DNA from: Methanothrix sp. | GTDB taxonomy: Archaea > Halobacteriota > Methanosarcinia > Methanotrichales > Methanotrichaceae | Assembly: GCA_037128175.1 (NCBI GenBank) | Contig: JBAXWY010000012.1 | Location: 1-60,009, forward strand | Direction of reading: 5' to 3' | Length of the DNA: 60,009 nt | Shown here: piece after piece, positions 36,194 to 47,263 of the stretch | Numbering within the stretch: position 1 is the stretch's first letter | Layout of the letters: each line of letters opens with the position of its first letter | Notes under the pieces: model-generated | The model's database searches: none | The model's input: the letters and a program-made list of their open reading frames with translations, nothing else | What the model was told of the DNA's origin: nothing | Position numbers and translations under genes: made by a program

Positions 36194-39100
36194 TCAACGA
36201 GGACCTTCTGCTCCGACAAGAAGATCATCGATTGAATAATTCACGCTCTCCGCCCCGAAGTCCGGCTCCTTGCCAAACGGCTTTCGGGAATACCACAGCT
36301 CTGTCTGATCCCCATCCACCAGAACGATGGCCAGAATATAGTCCTCCGGCTTGTTCAGCCCGGTCAGGATCTCATTCTTGGTAATCGTAATTATATCCGC
36401 ACCAGCAGCCCGGCCCTTGACCTCGATGAACCGCAGCCTTCCACCTTCCTGCGGCTCTGTATCCTGCCTTCTGGACTCGATGTCATAGCCGCAGTTCTCC
36501 CGACTCACATCCCTGGGCTCGTAGCCCTGCCGAGCTTCTGCCTGCATCACTATTCGCATGGCGATCTGCTCCATCCTGGCCCTCTCCGCGGCATTGACCG
36601 AGAGGCTCTCTCCACTCTTGCGTCCCATGACCCTGTCCAGATATCCCTGAGGCACTATTAGAGCGCCGCCAACAATCACCGGCGGCATAGGCGAGAGCCT
36701 TCTCTCCTGCTCCAGCTCAGTTATTCGCTTTTGCAAGCGGCCATCCAAATCATCCGCTCTTTGCTGAGCTTTGGCAGAATTGATTTTGGCATTGACCTTC
36801 CCGGCTCTTTCCTGTTCTCGCAGCTCATTTGCCCTATGATCCCAGTAGTTGATCTCCTTGGTGAGCCTGTCTTTGACCGCGATCAAGGTCTTGGCAATCA
36901 TCTCCTCACGCCTCTCTTTTACCTCGCATAGGTGCTGAGGAACCAGGTGCTCCACTGCATAGGAATAGGCCATCTCTTCCAGGCCTTTGCAGATCCATGC
37001 CTCTTTCATCAACGGCTTGAGGATCTCCTGCTCCTCAACTGTAGCTGGGCGGTAGTCCAGATAAGGCGCGTAGCCGACGTTATTTGCCTCCTGGCCCGGT
37101 CCGATCTCCACAAACTGCATCCTCTTGGAGACTACCCTGTACTCGCCGGACTTGGTAGTCCTGGCGTCCTGGATAGAATGCTCTAAATAAACCAGAGCCT
37201 TCGCCTTTTCTCCCGGATCACCGGGGTCGATGAGAACAGCTCCGTTCTTCAGCAGATCCCTGTACCGCTCCAGAATAATGTCAATAACCGCATCCAAAAG
37301 AGGATGGCCAGGGCATACGAAAGCGGACAATGGCTTTCCCGGCACATTGATCATCTCCTTCTCGAAGCATATCCGCTCGTACCGCGTCAGCACGGCCTCT
37401 CCTGTTCCAATCATTCGGTCTCTATTTCTGATGACGGCAGGGACATGGCTGATCTCATAGCGTTTCGGTTCACGCTCCCGGATGCTTCCACCCAGCAGCT
37501 TGAAAGCCTCCAGGAAGAAAGATGCGATGAAATGAGGCTGCAATCTCCTTGCCAGAGCCCTCTCCATATCTTCTTTTATCTGCATGACCTGGCTTACGTC
37601 CATGCTGTCATGCACCAGGGCGTGTTCTTCTATCAGATCAATGAGCTGCTGCTTATCCAAAGCCTCGTCTACGACCTGATTTAGCCAGGCGCGGGCTTCT
37701 GGACTTTCGCCTTTCCTTATCGCTTTTATGAGCAGCTCTCGCAGCGATTTATTCTCAAATGTAACTTTTCCCAGGATGTTAAAGACCTTGCCGCCCAGAG
37801 CCAGGCTCTCCTCCTCCAGCTTTCGCAGCAAGAGATTGTAGACCTCGCCCTCTCGGGTCTCAGCAGCCACGAGATTCCAGAGGTGGCAGATCTCGGTCTG
37901 TCCTATCCTGTGAATCCGGCCAAAGCGTTGCTCCAGGCGGTTGGGATTCCAGGGCAGGTCGTAGTTGATCATAAGATGTGCTCTTTGAAGGTTGATGCCC
38001 TCGCCGGCAGCATCAGTGGCTACTAATATCAGAATATCCTTATCCTGGGTGAATGCCTCTTTAGCTTTTTTCCTTTCTTCTCGACCCATGCCACCGTAAA
38101 TGGTCGTAACAAATTCCGGATGCCCCAGTTGGTTTCTGATGCGTTCGGACAGATAGTTCAGAGTATCCCGAAACTCTGTGAATATCACCAGCTTTCTTCT
38201 GTGGCCGTGAGCGTCGAACATCTCCGGATTGTTATCGAGAAGCTTGGATAGCTCATCCCATTTCCTGTCCTTCCCGCTGGCCCTGACCTTTCTGGCCAGA
38301 CTCTCAAGGTCTCTTAGAGTGGATATCTCCATTTCCAGCTCGGCTATGGTCTGAGAAGCTGTGGCCAGATCCGTTACCTTCTCCTCGGTCTTCTCTATTT
38401 CCAGGTCGGGGGAATCCTCTAGATCCTCCATTTCCTCCTCGGTGAGACTGGGCAGATCTTTTGCGGCCTCTATCCGTGCTTCAGAGCCACGCTTTTGCAA
38501 TTTCTCTTCACGTAGCCGCTTCTCAAGGCGTTCTTTCCTGCGCAGCAAGGATTGATAGATCGCCTCCGGCGAGGAGGCCAATCGACGCTGCAATGTTGTT
38601 AGGGCAAAGCCAACCGTTCCTTTTCGTCCTTCGTTCTCCAGTGCATCGGCCCGGTTGAACTCTTCCCTGACATAATCTGTGACACGGGCATAGAGATCCG
38701 CTTCAATACTGGTGAGGCTATAGTTTACAGTGTAGGCGAGCCTCTGAGGAAATAATCGCTTACCATCGAATTTGAGAAGATCCTCTTTCACCATGCGTCT
38801 CATCAAATCTGAGACATCGACGCTGTGCACGCCGTCGCGGAACTTTCCCTCAAATCGATCCCCATCGAGCAGTGCCATGAAGAGTTGAAAGTCCTCTGGC
38901 TTGCCATTGTGCGGAGTCGCTGTCAGCAATAAAAAGTGCCTGGTAATTCTGGAAAGAAGCTTGCCCAAGTTATAGCGCCTGGTTTTTTTCACCTCGCCCC
39001 CAAAAAAGGTGGCGGACATTTTATGAGCCTCATCGCAAATTATGAGATCCCAATCCGTCTGCTCAAGCTTGGCCTGTAGCTCATCATTTCGACTTACGTG

Positions 39101-39721
39101 ATCCAAACGCATGATGACCAGGTTCTTTTCAGCAAAGGGATTGCCGCTGCGAGAAGCCTCGACTGTCTCTTTGGTGATGATATCAAAAGGCAAATGGAAT
39201 TTGCTGCCGAGCTCATCTTGCCACTGTTCCACGAGGCTGCCAGGAGCGCAGATTAGGCACCTATGAAGATCTCCCCTGACCAAAAGCTCCTTGATGAGAA
39301 GCCCAGTCATGATGGTCTTGCCTGCGCCTGGATCGTCCGCCAAAAGAAAACGCAGCGGCTGGCGAGTAAGCATCTCAGCGTAAACTGCCGTTATTTGATG
39401 TGGTAGTGGGTCTACGAGCGATGTATTAACGGCAAGCAGTGGATCAAATAGATATGCCATCCGTATGCGGCGCGCCTCCGAGACCAACCTGAACAATTTG
39501 CCATCGGCATCGAAGGACCAGGGAAGGCCAACGGATGCAATCTCTAATATTGGTTCACGATCACGGTATAAAAGCTCGCATCTTGGGCTGCCCGAGCTGT
39601 CCTTGTAGGTCAGCTCCACTACATTGGAGCCGTGCCATTTCGCCTGAATCACTGTGATGAGGCCGTCAGGCAGTATGCCCTTGACCATTGCTCCTGGTGT
39701 AAGTTCCTCTAGTCGCGCCAT
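36194..39721 (-). CDS. SNF2-family helicase with C-terminal DUF3883 (NOV) nuclease domain
   Basis: LADDPGAGKT, DEAH, TATPH, GEGINLQ, EQRFGRIHRIGQ; C-terminal GYDIES...FIEVKGR; start MARLEEL (39721). Confidence 0.9.
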   Translation of the reverse strand: MARLEELTPGAMVKGILPDGLITVIQAKWHGSNVVELTYKDSSGSPRCELLYRDREPILEIASVGLPWSFDADGKLFRLVSEARRIRMAYLFDPLLAVNTSLVDPLPHQITAVYAEMLTRQPLRFLLADDPGAGKTIMTGLLIKELLVRGDLHRCLICAPGSLVEQWQDELGSKFHLPFDIITKETVEASRSGNPFAEKNLVIMRLDHVSRNDELQAKLEQTDWDLIICDEAHKMSATFFGGEVKKTRRYNLGKLLSRITRHFLLLTATPHNGKPEDFQLFMALLDGDRFEGKFRDGVHSVDVSDLMRRMVKEDLLKFDGKRLFPQRLAYTVNYSLTSIEADLYARVTDYVREEFNRADALENEGRKGTVGFALTTLQRRLASSPEAIYQSLLRRKERLEKRLREEKLQKRGSEARIEAAKDLPSLTEEEMEDLEDSPDLEIEKTEEKVTDLATASQTIAELEMEISTLRDLESLARKVRASGKDRKWDELSKLLDNNPEMFDAHGHRRKLVIFTEFRDTLNYLSERIRNQLGHPEFVTTIYGGMGREERKKAKEAFTQDKDILILVATDAAGEGINLQRAHLMINYDLPWNPNRLEQRFGRIHRIGQTEICHLWNLVAAETREGEVYNLLLRKLEEESLALGGKVFNILGKVTFENKSLRELLIKAIRKGESPEARAWLNQVVDEALDKQQLIDLIEEHALVHDSMDVSQVMQIKEDMERALARRLQPHFIASFFLEAFKLLGGSIREREPKRYEISHVPAVIRNRDRMIGTGEAVLTRYERICFEKEMINVPGKPLSAFVCPGHPLLDAVIDIILERYRDLLKNGAVLIDPGDPGEKAKALVYLEHSIQDARTTKSGEYRVVSKRMQFVEIGPGQEANNVGYAPYLDYRPATVEEQEILKPLMKEAWICKGLEEMAYSYAVEHLVPQHLCEVKERREEMIAKTLIAVKDRLTKEINYWDHRANELREQERAGKVNAKINSAKAQQRADDLDGRLQKRITELEQERRLSPMPPVIVGGALIVPQGYLDRVMGRKSGESLSVNAAERARMEQIAMRIVMQAEARQGYEPRDVSRENCGYDIESRRQDTEPQEGGRLRFIEVKGRAAGADIITITKNEILTGLNKPEDYILAIVLVDGDQTELWYSRKPFGKEPDFGAESVNYSIDDLLVGAEGPR

Positions 39722-39960
39722 GGTTAGTGTCACTTGAGATTTAATGTTTATAAGCTTTCTATCTTCTTCTCGTTGAAACTCTCGCTGAACCATGGTCAGC
39801 GATAGTCGTCCTTCGCATTCTTACAAGCTAAACGCTATCCTCAACCTATTTTAGGGGAAAATTATTTATCACAAACAGGCATAATTGTATAGGTTAGAAC
39901 CCAAAAAAATCCGATTCGCAGAATCACAAAAACAAGAAGTCGTCTTTTCCGGGAAATGAA

Positions 39961-42900
39961 ATGCAACTCAATGACGCACTGCAGAGACTATGCCAGCTTC
40001 GGGCTCGATTAGATGATCTCAGGATCAAAAGCCAATCAGGCCCAGCCTTTCTATGCGAGACGCTATTCGATGCTTCCTTTGAGATGCAAGCTATAGAAAA
40101 ATTGCTGGAAGAAAAAAGCAGCACAGATATATCGCAGCACTATTTTCTGGAAATGATCATAAATTCTTTCACTGATCCTTTATTCGTCAAAGATAGGCAG
40201 CACAGATACGTATTGGTCAATGCCGCCGAAAGCAACTTTACCGGCCGAAAACATGAAGAAATGATCGGCAAGACAAGTAACGATTTTTTCCCCAAAGAGC
40301 AGGCTGACATTTTATGGGAAAAGGATGAAGAGGTCTTTGTCACAGGAAGAGAGAACGCAAATGAAGAATCTGTGACCGATGGCCGGGGCATTGTTCGAAC
40401 CATGCTCACCAAGAAGACCGTATACGTAGATAAAACCGGCAATCCGTTTCTGGTGGGCATTGCAAGAGACATCACAGAGAGCAAAAAGATCGAGGAGAAG
40501 CTGAAAAAGGCTCATTATGAACTGGAGAAGAGGGTCCATGAGAGAACGAAAGACCTAGAAAATGCCAACCAGGCCTTAACTGATACCATGGATTACCTCG
40601 ACAAAATAATTAATTCTATTGGCGACCCAATTCATGTCAAGGATCGGCAGCACAAGGTAATTCTGGTCAACGATGCCGCATGCAAGCTCTTCGGTTGCTC
40701 AAGAGAGGACATTTTGGGCAGGACCGCTTATGAACTGTTCCCCTCTCGAGAGATGGCAGAAATCTCCTGGCATAAAGACGAGGAAGTATTTACCACAGGA
40801 GAGGAGAACGTTAACGAGGAAACGAATACCTACGCTCCCTGCGTGACCTGCACCGTCCTGGTTAAAAAGACGCTTTATACGGACAAATCAGGAAATAAGT
40901 TTCTAGTGGGAGTGACCCGAGATATCACTGACCGCAAGAGGGCGGAGGAGGCGTTGCGGGAAAGCGAGGAGCGCTACCGGCAGCTGTCCGAGGACATGCC
41001 TGTTTTCGTTTCTGCGTTTCTTCCCGACGGCACTGTGACCTATCTAAACAAGACGCTTGCGGAATGGGAGGACCTGGCCCCCGCCGAAATGATCGGGAGA
41101 AACTTCTACGAATTTCTGTCCCCTGACGACCAGGAAAAGGTCAGATCAATTCTTGGCGCTCTGACACCGCAGCAGCCCATTGAGACCCACGAGCAACGAT
41201 ATCTCAGGCAGGACGGCAGAGTGGTCTACCACGAGTGGACCAACCGGGCCTTTTTTGATGAGGTGGGCCAGCCCACCCGCTATCAAGCCGTCGGGTTGGA
41301 CATCACTTCTCGCAAGCAGGCCGAGGAGGCGCTTCAGGAGAGCGAGATAAAGTATAGCCTGCTGATAAACAACGCTAACGAATCAATCATCGTCGCACAA
41401 GACGGTCTGCTTAAGTTTGTCAATCCCAAGACGCTTAGCCTGTTGGAAGTGAATTCGGAGCAGGAACTCATTGATAGACCATTTCCCCAATTCATCCACC
41501 CGGATGATCGGAGCATGGTGGTTGAAAATTACCGGCTACGGATCGCAAATGAGGCCGCACCGCCCCGGTACGCTTTCAGAGTGGTGACTCCAGAAGGCAT
41601 TGTCAAATGGGTGGAAATCAATGCGACCTTGATTGAATGGCAAGGCAAACCAGCCACGTTGAATTTACTCACCGACATCACCGACCGCAAGAAGGCGGAG
41701 GAAGCTCTTTTAGGATCGGAGCAGCGCTTAATGGATATCATTGATTTTCTGCCCGATGCTACCTTCGTCATTGATCGAGAGGGAAAGGTGGTGGCCTGGA
41801 ACAGGGCCATCGAGGCCATGACCGGCATCTTAACCAAGGATATCGTCGGGAAGGGCGATTATGAGTATGCATTGCCCTTTTATGGATCTCGCCAGCCCAT
41901 CCTCATCGACCTGATTTTAAAAGCTGACCGAGAGATCGAGAGCAAATATGACCATATTGAGAAAAAAGGACGAGTTCTCAATGGAGAAGCCTACATGCCC
42001 AACATGCGAGGCGGAAGCGTCTACCTCATGGGCAGTGCTGCTGTTCTCTATGACTCTGCCGGCAATGTCTTTGGGGCCATAGAATCCATCCGCGACATCA
42101 CAGAGCAAAAACAGGCTGAAGACCTTCTCATTGAGGCAAAAGAGGCAGCAGAAGCGGCGGCCCGGTCAAAATCTGATTTTTTAGCCAACATGAGCCACGA
42201 GATCAGAACGCCCCTCAATGCCGTATTGGGTCTGACCGGATTGCTCTTGAACTCGGACTTGAATGCGCAAGAGAGGGATTATGTAGAGACGGTGAGAAGC
42301 TCCGGCAACACCCTGCTCTCGGTTATAAATGAGATACTGGACTTCTCCAAAATAGAGGGTGGCAAGATGGAGCTGGAGTGCCTGCCCTTCCATCTGCATG
42401 AATGCATTGCTGTAGCTGTAGATCTGGTGAAGGCGGCTGCAGATCAAAAAGGGCTGGTTATGAAATATTGCCTGGATGAAGCAATTCCTGCATACTTCAA
42501 GGGCGACGTTACCAGGCTTCGTCAGGTATTGGTCAACCTGCTCAGCAATGCTGTCAAGTTCACGCATGCCGGGACGATCGAGATCTATGTGACAGCAAAG
42601 CCGATACAGACTACCGATAGCAGACTATATGAGCTTCATTTTTCCATTAGCGATACCGGCATTGGAATTCCTGAGGAAAAGCTGGACAGACTATTTCAAT
42701 CGTTCTCCCAGGTAGATTCAACCACCACACGCAAGTACGGGGGAACCGGCCTGGGCCTGGCCATCAGCCGTAGATTGGTGGAGCTGATGGGCGGCGAGAT
42801 ATGGGTGGTCAGTCAGCCGGGATCTGGCTCCACCTTCCATTTTACAATTACTGCAGAGGAGGCGGAAGAAATATCGATTCCCGTCGATTCCTGCGCCGAG

Positions 42901-43305
42901 AAAGCAAAAATGCATCCCAGCCAGGGGAAGGCCGGAACGCTGCGCATTTTGCTGGCGGAAGACAACGCCATCAACCAGATGGTCGCCATTCAGATGCTAA
43001 AGAGGCTCGGCTACAGCGCAGATGTGGCAGGCAATGGTCTCGAGGTCCTACAGGCAATAGAGCGCCAGCCCTATGATGTTGTTCTCATGGATGTGCAGAT
43101 GCCGGAGATGGACGGCCTGGTGGCCGCGCAGGAGATCCGCAAGCTTTGGCCCAAGGGGCCTAGGATCATAGCCATCACCGCCTACGCCCTGAAAGGCGAC
43201 CGGGAACGCTGCCTGGCTGCCGGCATGGACGATTACATCAGCAAGCCCATTGTGATCGAGGAGCTAAGACGGGTTTTAGAAGAGGGCGTTGAGAGACACG
43301 AATGA
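39961..43305 (+). CDS. Multi-PAS hybrid sensor histidine kinase with receiver domain
   Basis: Five PAS/PAC repeats ending in DIT; H-box [12 protein letters not shown]; N, G1, G2 boxes; receiver LAEDN...LMDVQMP...KP. Confidence 0.92.
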   Translation: MQLNDALQRLCQLRARLDDLRIKSQSGPAFLCETLFDASFEMQAIEKLLEEKSSTDISQHYFLEMIINSFTDPLFVKDRQHRYVLVNAAESNFTGRKHEEMIGKTSNDFFPKEQADILWEKDEEVFVTGRENANEESVTDGRGIVRTMLTKKTVYVDKTGNPFLVGIARDITESKKIEEKLKKAHYELEKRVHERTKDLENANQALTDTMDYLDKIINSIGDPIHVKDRQHKVILVNDAACKLFGCSREDILGRTAYELFPSREMAEISWHKDEEVFTTGEENVNEETNTYAPCVTCTVLVKKTLYTDKSGNKFLVGVTRDITDRKRAEEALRESEERYRQLSEDMPVFVSAFLPDGTVTYLNKTLAEWEDLAPAEMIGRNFYEFLSPDDQEKVRSILGALTPQQPIETHEQRYLRQDGRVVYHEWTNRAFFDEVGQPTRYQAVGLDITSRKQAEEALQESEIKYSLLINNANESIIVAQDGLLKFVNPKTLSLLEVNSEQELIDRPFPQFIHPDDRSMVVENYRLRIANEAAPPRYAFRVVTPEGIVKWVEINATLIEWQGKPATLNLLTDITDRKKAEEALLGSEQRLMDIIDFLPDATFVIDREGKVVAWNRAIEAMTGILTKDIVGKGDYEYALPFYGSRQPILIDLILKADREIESKYDHIEKKGRVLNGEAYMPNMRGGSVYLMGSAAVLYDSAGNVFGAIESIRDITEQKQAEDLLIEAKEAAEAAARSKSDFLANMSHEIRTPLNAVLGLTGLLLNSDLNAQERDYVETVRSSGNTLLSVINEILDFSKIEGGKMELECLPFHLHECIAVAVDLVKAAADQKGLVMKYCLDEAIPAYFKGDVTRLRQVLVNLLSNAVKFTHAGTIEIYVTAKPIQTTDSRLYELHFSISDTGIGIPEEKLDRLFQSFSQVDSTTTRKYGGTGLGLAISRRLVELMGGEIWVVSQPGSGSTFHFTITAEEAEEISIPVDSCAEKAKMHPSQGKAGTLRILLAEDNAINQMVAIQMLKRLGYSADVAGNGLEVLQAIERQPYDVVLMDVQMPEMDGLVAAQEIRKLWPKGPRIIAITAYALKGDRERCLAAGMDDYISKPIVIEELRRVLEEGVERHE

Positions 43306-43329
43306 TAGTAATAGTAATTAAGGGATTCT

Positions 43330-43405
43330 GAGCAGGAGTGTACCCCCCCTTCCCCATCACTCCTGCCCATGCGGTAAGGACAAGTCCCCACTCTCCTAAC
43401 CCGCC
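43330..43405 (-). ncRNA. Candidate small RNA (two hairpins downstream of a TATA-like box)
   Basis: Stems gcaggagtg/cactcctgc and gcggtaagga/tcctaacccgc; minus-strand TTATTAA at 43434-43428. Confidence 0.3.
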
Positions 43406-43544
43406 GAATAGTCGATTATCGCCGAAGTTAATAACCCTTTTTTTCATGTAGAGGTTATGTAGATCTGATCTAGGTCATTTGTGATTGAGATGATTTTTTT
43501 GTCGAGCGAATCTTATTTCTACTGTTACATAAATACGTGGGTGT

Positions 43545-45086
43545 ATGGGCAAGCCATTGCATTACAATCGATCACTAAATTTTATAATAATTGTTATTAT
43601 TTTTTCCCAGATAGGTATCTTCAGTTCTACCGGTCTCACAGATCTGGATTATCATCTCAGCAATCTGAAAAATGCTGATGGTTTCGTCTCTGCCAGACAG
43701 AGCTTTCATGGCGGCAGCAGTGCAGAGCTATCCATAAACAGCGAAGGAAATTATGCCCGGATCTATATCTATCTGGACCCTCCGCTACCACTTGAAGATC
43801 TTGATCAGCTCAGCATGTGGATATATCCCGAATCGGGCGATGGAACTGTCCAAGTTGAGCTTTATTTTGACGGCGATGGGGACGACAGCTACGACAGCAA
43901 AAATCTCCAGGATGCAAGGATTCTCTCGCAAAAAAAATCATGCTCAGCAGTGGGAATGTCCAATCATACCTGGAATGAACTTGATGGTTTTGATCTGGAA
44001 TATGAGAAGTATAAGGACGGAGAATTCCTTCCCGGAAGTCTTGATGACTGCAAGGACCGGCTAGAGGGAAAGAGAATTGTGAAAATTTACATTACGATTT
44101 ATAAAGACATCAAGGTATCCGATACATCTGCATTTATCGATTACATTAAGATTGGCGACGAGATAATAAGTTTCGAGCCTCTTGAAAAGGAGGATGTAAA
44201 AGACGGCCCCTCTTCCGCGACCCCGGGAGGCCTGATGACCTACACCATAACCTATGGAAATAATCAGCTAGAGCCTGCCGATCTGATCGTAAAAGAGGAT
44301 TACGATCCGCGAACGGTGTTCATCGAATCCTATCCACCTCCCGATCCCGGCACCACCAACACCTGGACCTTCCCCAATCTTCCGCCGGGCGCTCACGGCC
44401 AGATTGTGATCAAGATGAGGAGCCTTAAGCCCTCTGCTCGGGCCAGCATAGATGGCCAAGTTTCTGGCAAGGGCCTTATGTCCACAGAGGGCAGGCTCTC
44501 TACAGAATTCGAAAGTTACCTGGTCACAAACAATGTACATATCCTGGCGGGCGAGTTCAACTTTTCTGCATCAGCCACTACCAGAATCCGGCCTATAATC
44601 GGTTCGGTCCTGCAATACGGCGAGCATGGAGCAGGTGACTATCAGGCCGAGGAGCAACTGGCGTATAATTCGGTGAGCATCAACGTAGAGCGCAACATCC
44701 TTGCCCATAGTTCTCCTGGCCTTCTCAACCTCTCCCAAAATCGTATCCCTCTTCTCCTGCGAGGGGGCTGGTCAGCAAATCTGCGGGCCGAGAACGACTA
44801 CAGAGACATTCGCTGGAGCGATAGATACTACGAGGCTAAGAGTCTCAACCTCAGCTATAAAACGCAACTGGGCAAGACCCTCTCTTATCTGGAGACAGAC
44901 GCCCAGGTCCAGGGCCTGGCTGATCGCACCGCCTACTGGCCGAATGGCTTCACCGATACGCATCTGGCCGGCAACTTCACGCTGGCAGGCAAGGCCAGAT
45001 GGAAGTGGGCTAACAAGACCGTAGGCCCGGAGAAGGAGTGGCTGGAGTGCAGCTGCCCGATGGAGCAAGGGGGAACGATCTCATGA
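43545..45086 (+). CDS. Secreted or membrane-anchored protein with a DUF11-like domain
   Basis: N-terminal hydrophobic stretch; PG..MTYTITYGN...V.ED...WTFPNLPPG DUF11-like pattern. Confidence 0.7.
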   Translation: MGKPLHYNRSLNFIIIVIIFSQIGIFSSTGLTDLDYHLSNLKNADGFVSARQSFHGGSSAELSINSEGNYARIYIYLDPPLPLEDLDQLSMWIYPESGDGTVQVELYFDGDGDDSYDSKNLQDARILSQKKSCSAVGMSNHTWNELDGFDLEYEKYKDGEFLPGSLDDCKDRLEGKRIVKIYITIYKDIKVSDTSAFIDYIKIGDEIISFEPLEKEDVKDGPSSATPGGLMTYTITYGNNQLEPADLIVKEDYDPRTVFIESYPPPDPGTTNTWTFPNLPPGAHGQIVIKMRSLKPSARASIDGQVSGKGLMSTEGRLSTEFESYLVTNNVHILAGEFNFSASATTRIRPIIGSVLQYGEHGAGDYQAEEQLAYNSVSINVERNILAHSSPGLLNLSQNRIPLLLRGGWSANLRAENDYRDIRWSDRYYEAKSLNLSYKTQLGKTLSYLETDAQVQGLADRTAYWPNGFTDTHLAGNFTLAGKARWKWANKTVGPEKEWLECSCPMEQGGTIS

Positions 45087-45117
45087 CAATGGTTTGACTG
45101 CAAATTCACCCATTGGG

Positions 45118-45185
45118 TCGAGAGGGCCGGAGGAAGGCCCTCCCGAGGAGGTCTTAATGGCGAGCCCCAAACTCCCATCTCGCCA
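45118..45185 (-). ncRNA. Candidate small RNA (two hairpins downstream of a TATA-like box)
   Basis: Stems gagggcc/ggccctc and tggcgag/ctcgcca; minus-strand CTATAAAT at 45213-45206. Confidence 0.3.
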
Positions 45186-45306
45186 GTTAATCCGTCTCTT
45201 TTATAATTTATAGCCCTATTTTTCATGTACGGGTCATATTAAGAACATCTAGATAAGCATGAATCATTACCGCAAGCCTATTATTCTCAAAGCCGGGCAT
45301 GCTATT

Positions 45307-46221
45307 ATGGCCATGAATGTGCAACGTTTCATAGAGGATGCCATCGAGGAAATCAGGCGCGACGTATTGGGACGCGCCATCATAGGTTTATCGGGTGGCG
45401 TGGACAGCTCGGTATGCGCCATGCTGGCCCATCGCGCCATCGGAGACCGGCTGGTTCCGGTTTATGTGGACTCGGGGCTCATGAGGCAGTTCGAGTCGGA
45501 CCGAATCGAGCAGCTCTTCCAGGGAATAGGCCTGGTGCGCGTGAATGCTCACGATCGGTTCCTCAATGCCTTGAAAGGGGTCACAGATCCGGAAGAGAAG
45601 AGGATGATTGTGGGTGAGACCTTCATTCGTGTCTTTGAGGAGGAGTCGCGCAAGATAGGCGGCGATTGCCTCATGCAGGGCACAATCTACCCGGACAGAA
45701 TCGAGTCTGAGGGTGGCATCAAGGCTCACCACAATGTGGGGGGCTTGCCCCGTTGCATGGAATTCAAGACCATAATTGAGCCCCTGCGCGACCTGTACAA
45801 GGACGAGGTTCGTGTAGTGGCGAGGGCTCTGGGCCTTCCCCCGGAGATCAGCGAGAGGATGCCCTATCCTGGGCCTGGTTTGGCGGTACGGATCGTGGGC
45901 GAGGTCACATCCGAGAAGCTGGATGTTGTGCGCAAAGCCAATGCCATTGTGGAGGAAGAGGTCGAGAAATTCAGCCCCTGGCAGGCCTTCGCTGCGCTCC
46001 TCGGCAAAGCCACGGGTGTGAAAGGCGACGTCCGGATCTACGGCTGGGTGGTGGCCGTCCGTTCCGTCTCCTCCCGAGATGCCATGACGGCGGAAGCGAT
46101 GGAGCTTCCCTGGGAGACTCTGAAGCGCATCTCCAGCCGCATCACTGGCGAGATTCCCACCGTGTCCAGGGTGGTCTACGACTTGACTCCCAAGCCTCCG
46201 GGGACAATCGAGTTCGAGTGA
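45307..46221 (+). CDS. guaA: GMP synthase ATP-pyrophosphatase subunit (subunit B)
   Basis: [39 protein letters not shown]; no glutaminase domain. Confidence 0.93.
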   Translation: MAMNVQRFIEDAIEEIRRDVLGRAIIGLSGGVDSSVCAMLAHRAIGDRLVPVYVDSGLMRQFESDRIEQLFQGIGLVRVNAHDRFLNALKGVTDPEEKRMIVGETFIRVFEEESRKIGGDCLMQGTIYPDRIESEGGIKAHHNVGGLPRCMEFKTIIEPLRDLYKDEVRVVARALGLPPEISERMPYPGPGLAVRIVGEVTSEKLDVVRKANAIVEEEVEKFSPWQAFAALLGKATGVKGDVRIYGWVVAVRSVSSRDAMTAEAMELPWETLKRISSRITGEIPTVSRVVYDLTPKPPGTIEFE

Positions 46222-46380
46222 ATGGCTCTGTGAGCGATCAACCACAAAACTCTTTTTGCAGGTAGCTCTTTCAGATAGGTGACTCAAGGGGCCCGGAAAG
46301 ATCAAGCTGGAGATAGAGCTGGCCCAGAAGATGCTCTTGGCTCTCCACGACTCGCCCGGATCTCTGCCGTGCTCTTCCCT

Positions 46381-46455
46381 CGCCCCGCGCAGCCACTCGC
46401 CGCTCCCGCAGCCGGGCACGGATGTCCGCCAGCTCCACTCCCCGCCAGCAGGCCA
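46381..46455. repeat. GC-rich element (second family), left copy
   Basis: 17-bp cccgcgcagccactcgc at 46384-46400, identical to 46807-46823; both copies also contain gcagccgggc. Confidence 0.6.
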
Positions 46456-46510
46456 CTCAGAAGCCGTCAGGATCTACCAAAAATTTATAATTATCGGTAG
46501 ATTAACGGTA

Positions 46511-46730
46511 TCACGACAACAAGTAACGAGTCTCTTTGAAGCGCCCCTCTTTTCGTAGTTGTCCCGCCTTCTGCATCTTCTGCAGCAGATACCTTGCCCT
46601 AGCTTCGTTTACGTCCAGCATAGAGGTCGGCTGGGGTGCCTGTGTGGGCGGCCTTGGCTTCCACGCCCTCGAGCTCTCCGTGTCGGAGGCAAAGGTCGGC
46701 GATGAGGCGGAGCATTGATTCGCGGTCCAT
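46511..46730 (-). pseudogene. Internally deleted AlbA_2(Schlafen)/wHTH gene remnant
   Basis: MDRESMLRLIADL...GELEGVEAKAAHTGTPADLY (AlbA_2-like start) joined out of frame to MLDVNEARARYLLQKMQKAGQLRKEGRFKETRYLLS* (winged-HTH-like end). Confidence 0.5.
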
Positions 46731-46804
46731 CTGATTGTCCTTTTGGATATTGCTTATTTATCTCACTTTGGGAAAGGAGATCCGCTCTATCCCCAGCTTC
46801 TCTC

Positions 46805-46867
46805 GGCCCGCGCAGCCACTCGCGTGCTCCTGGCGCCCGTGAGCGAGCGGCAGCAGCCGGGCCGGGA
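46805..46867. repeat. GC-rich element (second family), right copy
   Basis: Direct repeat of the 46384 motif. Confidence 0.6.
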
Positions 46868-46936
46868 GGTCGAGCACCTCATGGCCAACCCAAGCCCGAA
46901 ATATTTGCAGTTGCTCCCATGCGAATAGTATTCGGA

Positions 46937-47263
46937 CTAGACCAAGCTCATGAGCGGATATTTCTTTTCTGCGTCGTACTCCAGTTTGGCATTGACCACC
47001 TCGCCCTCGTAATCTATCTGCACCTTCGCGATTATCATGCGCCCTTCCAGCTCGCCGTATCCAAAGAAGTTCTCCTTCAGCATCTGCCGGTTTATGCGAA
47101 CGCGGACCTCTTTCACGTAAGGCTGCAGGGAGATACTTTCTTGCATGGCCTCTTCCAGGCCGGCTGCTGTCTTGAGGCTTACAGGCGCTCCTACGAACTG
47201 ATGGTAGAGCGCGCCAAGCTTGATGCCCGCCTCAAAGGCGGCTATCTCCTTTTTCGTAGGCGT
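46937..47263 (-). CDS. mptD: Archaeal dihydroneopterin aldolase
   Basis: The frame upstream of the called ATG reads EIAAFEAGIKLGALYHQFVGAPV, then SISLQPYV, GYGELEGRM, YPLM. Probable ACG start at 47263. Confidence 0.85.
   Translation of the reverse strand, partial: TPTKKEIAAFEAGIKLGALYHQFVGAPVSLKTAAGLEEAMQESISLQPYVKEVRVRINRQMLKENFFGYGELEGRMIIAKVQIDYEGEVVNAKLEYDAEKKYPLMSLV

Noticed and set aside
43330-45185. tRNA, SRP RNA or RNase P RNA at the hairpin clusters
   Set aside because: No cloverleaf or T-loop consensus, and too short for SRP or RNase P RNA.
45388-46419. 343-aa minus-strand ORF
   Set aside because: Antisense shadow of guaA extending into a GC-rich repeat.
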